DNA from: the human T2T-CHM13v2.0 reference genome, Homo sapiens
Strand: one strand, 5' to 3'
NCBI RefSeq assembly: GCF_009914755.1
Contig: NC_060938.1
Length of the DNA stretch: 64,000 nt
Below, in pieces: positions 56,036 to 64,000 of the stretch (within the stretch, counting starts at the first letter, position 1; each line of letters opens with the position of its first letter). Below the pieces are notes generated by a model. The model ran no database searches and was not told the origin of the DNA. It saw only the letters and a list, made by a program, of their open reading frames with translations. A program made the position numbers and the translations under genes.

Positions 56036-56540
56036 TGTATTAGTCAGGACTCTGTTGAAAATACAACTCAAGCAAGCTTTGACAAAGAAGAATGCTATTT
56101 ATTGAAGGAATACCAGGGTAATTTATATTACTAAAGGATTCAATATTCAAATGGCAAGATCAGGGGTGAAGCTGGGCTTCAAAAACAATTTAAACTGAGT
56201 ATTTCCTGGGCTCTTCTCTGTATCTTGTCTCTGCTTCTCATGGGTGGGCTTGGTTTCCTGTCAAAGCAGATGGCTTCCTCCATGTGCCAGGAAATAGGGC
56301 ATCCAACAACGTTGAATACCCCACCTAGTAATGTCTCCTTCACCCAGACTAGAAAAACAAAGTTATTTTTGTATACTTCCAGCTGGAAAAATCCTGGAGA
56401 AGCCTTCAAATTGGCCTGACAAAGGTCATATCTCCATTCCTGAATCACTCAGCTGCAGCCAAAGGAGCAGTGTTATTCAGTATACATGTGTCACTGATAA
56501 ACCATCTCCTATAAAGTAAGAGTTGTTCCCAGAGTAAAAG
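56036..56540 (-). mobile_element. Old MLT1 (K/L/M-like) LTR
   Basis: tgtattagtcaggactct...caactcaagcaagcttt. Confidence 0.55.
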
Positions 56541-56625
56541 GATTATTTATGAATGAGACACTAATTCCAAAGTGTGTCTTGTACATTCTAACCCTTATTT
56601 TCCTAGCATTAAATGCATGTTCATA

Positions 56626-56657
56626 CACACACACACACACAAACACACATAGACACA
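56626..56657 (+). repeat. Imperfect (CA)n microsatellite
   Basis: Read directly from the sequence. Confidence 0.85.
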
Positions 56658-56974
56658 CTGATTTCAGGAGACCTGAGTGCCATTGCCATAAATGAGGAAG
56701 CCAGAGTTCTCACTGAAGTGCGTGCAAATACAAACACATCCTCTGGAGCTGAGGTAGTTATCAGGATGTTCCACAATGCCCCAGTGCCATTCCCATGATG
56801 CCATGTGTCAATTTCCTCAGATCCCTGAGAGCATAGCCACTGCTGCACACTCCTGCTTCCTCAATCTCTGTGCCCCCTACTCCTATAAAGCTCTAGGACC
56901 TTATCCCATGAGCCTTACTGGGGCCATGACTGTCTTTGATCCCATGCTATTCAGAGCTACTGGATAACCCTCAT

Positions 56975-57245
56975 TTCATCTCCAGATCTGATCCCCAAGC
57001 TGCCCATGCCCTGTGAGACTGATCTGGATGGACTGAAGAAAAGGATTGCCTTTCCTTCTAGCTTCTAGTTTATTACAGCTAAGGGGGGATGCCTGCAGAA
57101 GGCCAGATAAATAAAGAGAAGTCAAGTCAGAGTATCTATTCCCCAGCTCCCTTCCTATGGGATTGCCATAGGCTGACTGCATTTGTTGGCTGAAGGACGC
57201 AGTTCCTTTCTGTCCACAAAACCTCTCTCTCTTCAAGTTCCACTA
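56975..57245. mobile_element. ERVL LTR33-like fragment
   Basis: gagactgatctggatggactg...gtcagagtatctattccccagctcccttcct. Confidence 0.6.
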
Positions 57246-58256
57246 ACCTGTCATAGTTCTATTATCCATTTCCCAACTCTTGTCTTGGGTCATGCCATGT
57301 AACAAAGCTAGAATAATATAGTAGCTTTTGGCAATTCCACTCAAGGTGGGGGGGGAATCAAAGACTCTTTGACCATAATTCGTTGGAATTATTAAAAGAG
57401 GAGGTTCATGTTGGCAATGTCAAAGTGCTGTTTATCTTATAGTTCTACCCAAAGGACCTGAAGAGCTCTCCTCCTGCTTCACAACCAATCACCATCACCA
57501 TTTCATTCTCATCCAGAGGAGAATCAAGTAGAACTGAATGACTAGCCTGTGACTGAGAAGAAGATGGGGTAGTTTCCTGCAACTGAGGAGACTAGTAAGG
57601 GAGCAGCAGGGGTATAAAGATGAGGGTGGTTTTCCCAATTCACTTTAAAGGGAATGGACATCAGGGACTGCCTATTGGACTGAGTACATAGGACTCAGGA
57701 CCATGGAGGAGCCTGGGATGAATTGGATAGAACAGGAACCACCTGAAAATCCTCCCTCTCAGCATAGACCAGGAATAGACTCAAGTAAGAGACTTGAACC
57801 TAGAGTAAAGCGCTGTTTTGAATATTTTTCTGAACTCTTGTGTTATGATTGACCTCCAAGTAGTTGAGGCTGTTTAATAATGTAGTATTCCATTTCTCCC
57901 TTCCATTGCGAAGGACCTAATGCTCAGTTAAATAATGTTGAGTCCAGGTTTAGTGGACTCATTTCCCAGAGCTGTGGCCACTAACCTTCCAGAAAAGTAG
58001 CCATCCCTGAATTTTTAGGCCATTAAATAATAAATAAGAGGACTTCTAAAATTAATCTCCTTGCATTTTGCTTCATTTCAATTGAATGCTACTAGAGTCA
58101 TTACAATGATGACACAAGAGGCCCACAGTGTGACTGAAACATGGACAGTTGTGTTTTTCTCTGTAAAGACCACTTTCCTAGGTGGAATAAAATAGAAAGT
58201 TAACACACCAACAAGCCAGTTGCAGGAGTTACTCTTTCTTGAAAGCTAGGAGGCAC

Positions 58257-58875
58257 ATATTCATTTTTCTATTGCTGCTGCAATTAATTACCACCAATTC
58301 AGTGGCTTAACACCACACAAATTTATTATCTCATGAGTATGTCATTCAGAAAACTCTCTGTTCTGTAGGATGGGCTCGACTGGCTTCTTTCCTCCCAATC
58401 TCAAGGCCAAAATCAAGGTGCTGCCTGGCCTTGGCTCTTCTGTGGAGGCTCTGGGAGAGAACACGCAGCCTGGCCCACGCAAGTTGTTGGCAGAGTTCAG
58501 CTCCTTTCAGCAGTGGCACTGAGGTTGCCATTTCCTTGCTGGCTGTCAGTCACAGGTTGTTATCTGCTCCAAGAGCCTTAATTCTGGATGCTGTCTTCAT
58601 ATTTAAAGCCAACAACAGTGAGTAAAATGCTTCTTATGCTTCAACCCCCTCTATCTTCTGATACATCCTCTGTCAACCAAGCTAGGGAAAGTTCATTTCT
58701 TTTAAAGGCTCACGGGATAAGTTTGGGCCCACCTGAATAATCAAAGATAATCCCCCTATTTTAAGGTTCATAACCTTAATTACATCAACAAAGTCCCCTT
58801 TACCATGTAATGTAACATATTCAATTTCCAGGGATTGGGGCATGGACATATTTGGGGGTCATTCTTCCTGCTGCA
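58257..58875 (-). mobile_element. MLT1E-like solo LTR
   Basis: ctattgctgctgcaattaattaccaccaattcagtggctt...ggacatatttgggggtcattct. Confidence 0.85.
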
Positions 58876-59797
58876 AAAGACACTGAAGCCAGTTTATGGC
58901 CAAGTGCAGAGAGGAGATAGCTTAGACCAACTGATGGCATTTTTGCATGTGATTTTTTTTTTTAGTTATCTTATTTAATTCAGTGTACTTGGAAAACGCT
59001 ATGAAAATAAATTGTTTCAATATGCTTTTTCTAATTACATATGTAAATATATGATATACTGATATACATGTAGAATATATATATATAGTGAAAACCTTGG
59101 AGCTACATATTTAGCTCATTCAGTTTATAAAAAAAAAATCTACCACATAGCCTCGTTAGCAAAGCCAGTACTCCTTCTCAAGATAATCAATCAGCTAAAT
59201 CAGTCTGACTCTCAGAAAAAAAGACACTGAGTTAATTTTTTATCCAAAAAAATGAATTCTAAAATCCACTGGAAAAGGCATGAATCATATAACTTTATAA
59301 TACCATAATACAAATTACTAGAAGTTGTTAGGATTAAAATGATATTGATCTAATGTAATTAGTTACACATTATAATTATAAAAATCATTCATTATATTAT
59401 AATTTTTATAAGTTATAAAATTAAGAATATATCTATATGCTGTTTTTCATTAACTTGCAATGGTGTAACATTTAATAGTGGTTAAAATGATAAATTCTTT
59501 ACTAAAGGGGGCCTAGAATAAAAGGGAAGGTACTCATTGTTAGGCTGGTGTCCATGTGTGTACTAAATGTGGATGTTTGGCTTTGGGGAATGTTGTGGGG
59601 AGAATTACCTTGATGCAATGGTACCCTCCAAGTATGCTCTCAAGCAAGCTATCTCAAAGGCCATGGAACAGAAAGGCTCACCAACCAAATTTAAATACTT
59701 GAATCACATGAGCTATTTAATCAATTTAAAATATAGCAAGAGGCAAGGGAAAGAGATGGGTTAATACACTTAGGATAGGGTATAAGAAGATTGAACC

Positions 59798-60025
59798 AGG
59801 GTCAGCTTCTCCCCGAGGCACCGCAGACACACTGTCCAGGGACCATCCATTTTTAGGAGCCCACAAAACTGTTTTAATTTTTTTAAGTCAGAAAAAAAGA
59901 ATGAATGTAATCTACCCTGGATTATACTAGTCTTCATACTAATTCAGTAGTAAATATTTTTAATATTTCTTCATGGAGGAAGAGCCCCAGAAAGGCTAAA
60001 ATGCCTAGAACCCAGACAAGACATC
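59798..60025. mobile_element. ORSL-like hAT-Tip100 MITE
   Basis: caggg...ttttaggagcccacaaaactgttttaattt...cctggattatact...atggaggaagagccc...tgcctag. Confidence 0.65.
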
Positions 60026-60168
60026 CCCATACAGACAAGGATTGGAAGACCACACTATCCAAAGTTTGGGGGTCACACAGTGTTCACATAGTGTCTTTTC
60101 CTGCTTCAATCTCCCCCATGGGTGGTGAGGTTATGAAGACCAGAGCTGAGGTTTGAACACGGGGTTTA

Positions 60169-60237
60169 GGCCAGGTGCAGTGGCTCATATCTGTAATCCT
60201 AGCACTTTGGGAGGCTAAGGCAGGAGGATCACTTGAG
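60169..60237 (+). mobile_element. Alu/FLAM 5' fragment
   Basis: ggccaggtgcagtggctca...ggaggatcacttgag, then the match stops. Confidence 0.88.
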
Positions 60238-60519
60238 AGCAGAATCTGAGAGACTCAGGGCCAAGTGTGCCTGGCCATAGCTAACACTTGGGAATTAGCC
60301 AGCTCAACAGCTTTAGGCTTTGACTGAATTTCTTAGGCAGAGCACATGTGGGGCCAAAATAGGGCCATACTGGGAGTCGCCGGTGGATGGACAATTTAAG
60401 TATGACATAGTTGTCAGGCCAGAAGTGGCAGCATCATATTTTATGACTTGGTCTTTCCGTATCTTTGTATCTGTTAGTAAATCTCTTGTTTTTTCCATCA
60501 TGCATTCCATTTCTTCTGT

Positions 60520-60585
60520 TTAACTAGAGATGGGGTCTTGCTATTTTGCCCAGGCTAGTCTTGAACTCCTGGCCTCAAACAATCC
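60520..60585 (-). mobile_element. Alu/FLAM fragment (3' half of the left arm)
   Basis: tagagatggggtcttgctattttgcccaggctagtcttgaactcctggcctcaaacaatcc. Confidence 0.88.
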
Positions 60586-62139
60586 ATATTTTACAGGTTA
60601 CTACTATTATATTTAACATACTTATGGATTTTGCCTGTCTCACAAGATATTTTTTGGCCATTATCTATTCTTAACATGTCCTGTGAATGTTGCCTGCATC
60701 TCATAAGTTACTAGCTTATTAGAAAAATTAAATAAGAATAATGTATGAGATTAAGAAATTTCACCATTTACTTCATTAAATGTAATCAAACCTGTTTTAT
60801 GTAAACAAAGAGAAAGTTATATACCATAAAAAACTGTACTTCATTAATTTTTCCTCATGCTTTCATCATGTTTTTATTTTATATCAAAAAGTAGAAAATA
60901 TTAAACATTTTATAAGGTGAAATTAGGTGAACATTGTAATTTAAATATATGTTTAGTGTTATAAAGTATATTTAAAGTAGAAGAAATCACATATAAAAAA
61001 ATTTATTAATAGGCTTTCTCCAAGGTAACTTGAAAATTTGATAGTCCCTAAAAATACTCCAGTTACATATTTTAAATTAATCATCACTAACTTATTCTAC
61101 CTGCGCTGTTAACAGGGGCTTTTCTTTTTAGTTAGTGACTTATTCTAGGGATAAGCATTGGGATGTAGAAAAAATCAATTTCATGAAATATGTCTGCAGG
61201 GAGGTAGAAAGGGGGAAGCCATTTTTAACTTTATTTCTTAACAATGCTTTTTGCTTTATCTTTGTCAAACTCTCAAGAGCTGTGGATTTCTTGATAATGG
61301 TGGGGGATGAAAGAGTAGGTCATTAAATGAAAGTTAGGCCCATGACTACAGTTAGTATTTCTGACTTCAGAACACACAACAAAGGCCAAAATATCCCCAT
61401 TTCTAATGCCATACTTCATCTTTAACAGAAATACGTTCAAGACAGTAAAAGAAAGATTTTGAGAATCTTTGATTTCATCAATTAAAAGACCCTTCTTTCA
61501 AGTCAGTATTTCAAATTATCTGTGCCCTGGGAGACCTTACAGCCCAGAGCAATGAGCCACAGTAAGAATTGGAAAGGTGAAATGTTTACCTTTCTTAGAT
61601 GAAGAGGTAGGCTATAGAAAAAGGAAATGGGAAAAGAGAACTCTGTAATGCCAGGAAAGAAGACCCCAGGGGTCTAAGCACCCCAGTTTGAAAGCAATGG
61701 TCTATTCTTCACAATTCAACTGATAATTGTCTATTGACATCATCATCATAAAGTATTTTAATTTTATGAGATTTTAAGAATCTTAAATTCAAGGTCCACT
61801 TCTTATATTCACTCATTACCCCACTGTGCTCCACATGTAACAGAGGCTCCATAATACCTCTTTGTTGTTTACCCAATTATTCATGCCTTTGTCAAGGACC
61901 TACAATAAATCGGGTACTGAGATGACAATTAATCCAAGGAGAATTTACCATCACAGACTCTGTGACAAGCAGTGTACTAAACACTGGAGATAATAAACAA
62001 AACTGTTTCTTTGAGAAGTTAACTGATTAATACCTGTTATTATTTATAGACTCAATACCTGGAATAAAGTCTCCTTGATTCTGATCTCACTACCACTTTT
62101 ATGCTTTATATATTAATTGAGAAGGGGCAAAAGTAAAGC

Positions 62140-62217
62140 CATTCGTAGAGCTTGCAGATCACACACAAAAAGGAGATGGGCCAGATTTGGCCCATGGCCA
62201 TAGTTTGCTGACCCCTG
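62140..62217. mobile_element. MER58-type terminal fragment
   Basis: gggccagatttggcccatggccatagtttgctgacccctg. Confidence 0.7.
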
Positions 62218-62565
62218 ATTTGAGAGAAAAAGGGGGTGAAAAACAGGGTAAAGTGTTCTACAGCAGCAATGATCTGTATGTGCTGAAATACCGTGACTAG
62301 TTCTACAAAATTGTCTGAAAAGACAGGGAAGAACAGCAAGTGTGCTTTTTGGTTTATTCAAGAAGAAACCATGGACAGGAACATCATTTTTTGAGCCATC
62401 TGTTTAAGTCAGAAGGTGTACAGGAAAATGGAACAATGTAGATAAACAAGGTAATGAGACATTTGACTGTCAGGACTTTTTTATACCTCCAACACAACCA
62501 GGTTTATTTCTCTCAATGGAATGGCTGAAGAATGGCTACCATCAAAGCCACTGTCACAAAATTAA

Positions 62566-62887
<322 letters not shown>

Positions 62888-63099
62888 TGAAAGCAGTTTT
62901 ATCTAAAATTTTTTTCTCCTCTGACATGAAAGAATGTCAGAAGAGAAGGCTGACTATATTATCTCCAATACAACTACAAAGAATGCTAGGATATGTAGTC
63001 TTCCTGTGTGCTGAGAAGAGGAAATCGTGTGGTAAACACATAGAATTGTCTCTGACACAACATACCTTCCTATTTCTCACACTTTTTTCTTGATGCTAT

Positions 63100-63621
63100 G
63101 CATCTTTCAGTAGCTTCTTGAGAGGGTTAGATAGAGGCAAAATGTGGGGACTCATGTGTCTTAAAATGTCTTTATTCTAGCTTCACATTAGCTAATAGCA
63201 TGTCTGGGTATAAGATTCTTGGCTAGAAATTTTGATTTCCTTCGGAATGTTGTAGCAATTGCCCTAATATATCTAGCTTCCAGTTTTGCTGTTGAGAAGT
63301 GTCTCATCATCTGGATTCTTTTGTTGCTGTTCTTCTTCTCTCCCTTCTCCCTGGAAGTTTGTAGAAATTTCTCCATGGTGCTCTAGTAATTTGATATTCC
63401 ACATAGGTTGTCTCTATATGGATCTATTTTCATTCATTTTTCTGGATAGTGGTGAACTTTTCAATCTGAGAACTCATGCCTTTTCATTTTGGAGATTTTT
63501 CTTGAAATTATTCAGTGTATCACATTCTCTCATTTTTTGTGTGGTTTTGTCCTTTCTGAATGCCTTTTATTCTTTGGGACTACTTTTATGATTTTTTTCT
63601 CACCTATATGTTATATGTTTA

Positions 63622-63657
<36 letters not shown>

Positions 63658-64000
63658 AGATGGACTCTCGCTGTCGCCCAGGCTGGAGTGCAGTGGAGCG
63701 ATCTCGGCTCACTGCAGGCTCCGCCCCCCGGGGTTCACGCCATTCTCCTGCCTCAGCCTCCCAAGTAGTTGGGACTACAGGCGCCCGCCACCTCGCCGGG
63801 CTAATTTTTTGTATTTTTAGTAGAGACAGGGTTTCACCGTGTCAGCCAGGATGGTCTCGATCTCCTGACCTCGTGATCCGCCCACCTCGGCCTCCCAAAG
63901 TGCTGGGATTACAGGCGTGAGCCACCGCTCCCGGCTGTTTACCATCTTATTCTACTTTCTGAAGAGGTTTCCTCAATGTTATTTTTTAACCCTTTCTTGG
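63100..64000 (-). mobile_element. HAL1/ancient L1 ORF1-like remnant, split by an AluY
   Basis: aaatgtctttattct...ctgggtataagattct...tctagcttccagttttgctgttgagaagt. ORF 63188..63376 is ORF1-like (FSTAKLEAR). Confidence 0.65.
63624..63935 (-). mobile_element. Young AluY (AluYe5-like)
   Basis: Diagnostics gcaggctccgccccccggggttc, ccacctcgcc and ctcgctgtcgcc. CpGs largely retained. Pure poly(T) of about 33 nt. TSD tgtttacc. Confidence 0.95.

Noticed and set aside
60313-60523. 65-67 aa ORFs between the Alu fragments
   Set aside because: No recognisable homology, and the lengths are within chance expectation.

Overview
Primate genomic DNA, probably human or great ape, judged from AluY, AluYe-type and L1PA2-type elements. 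It is AT-rich and transposon-dense, and reads as intergenic or intronic. I recognise no protein-coding gene, RNA gene, CpG island or prokaryote-type system. The longer ORFs in the track are mostly L1 remnants, Alu read-throughs or chance ORFs. The window is a layered record of L1 (L1PB, L1MA, near-complete L1MC, L1MB/ME, L1PA2), Alu/FLAM/FRAM, MaLR and ERVL LTRs (THE1B, MST, MLT1, LTR16, LTR33), hAT and mariner MITEs (MER58, MER63, ORSL, MADE1), and L2/MIR/CR1. Many target-site duplications (TSDs) can be read directly. The most interesting signals are: (i) a possible THE1B-initiated spliced noncoding transcript on the + strand (38.0-44.2 kb) and two possible minus-strand noncoding exons; (ii) several templated-insertion or template-switch scars, notably an inverted multi-fragment scar at 45.8 kb and a 43-bp L1 ORF2 patch inside another L1's 5' UTR; (iii) a multi-level transposon nest with perfect 8-bp TSDs; (iv) a MADE1/miR-548-type hairpin and an intact DUX4 motif. 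Subfamily calls come from recalled consensus sequences, not from a RepeatMasker run, and boundaries of old elements are approximate.
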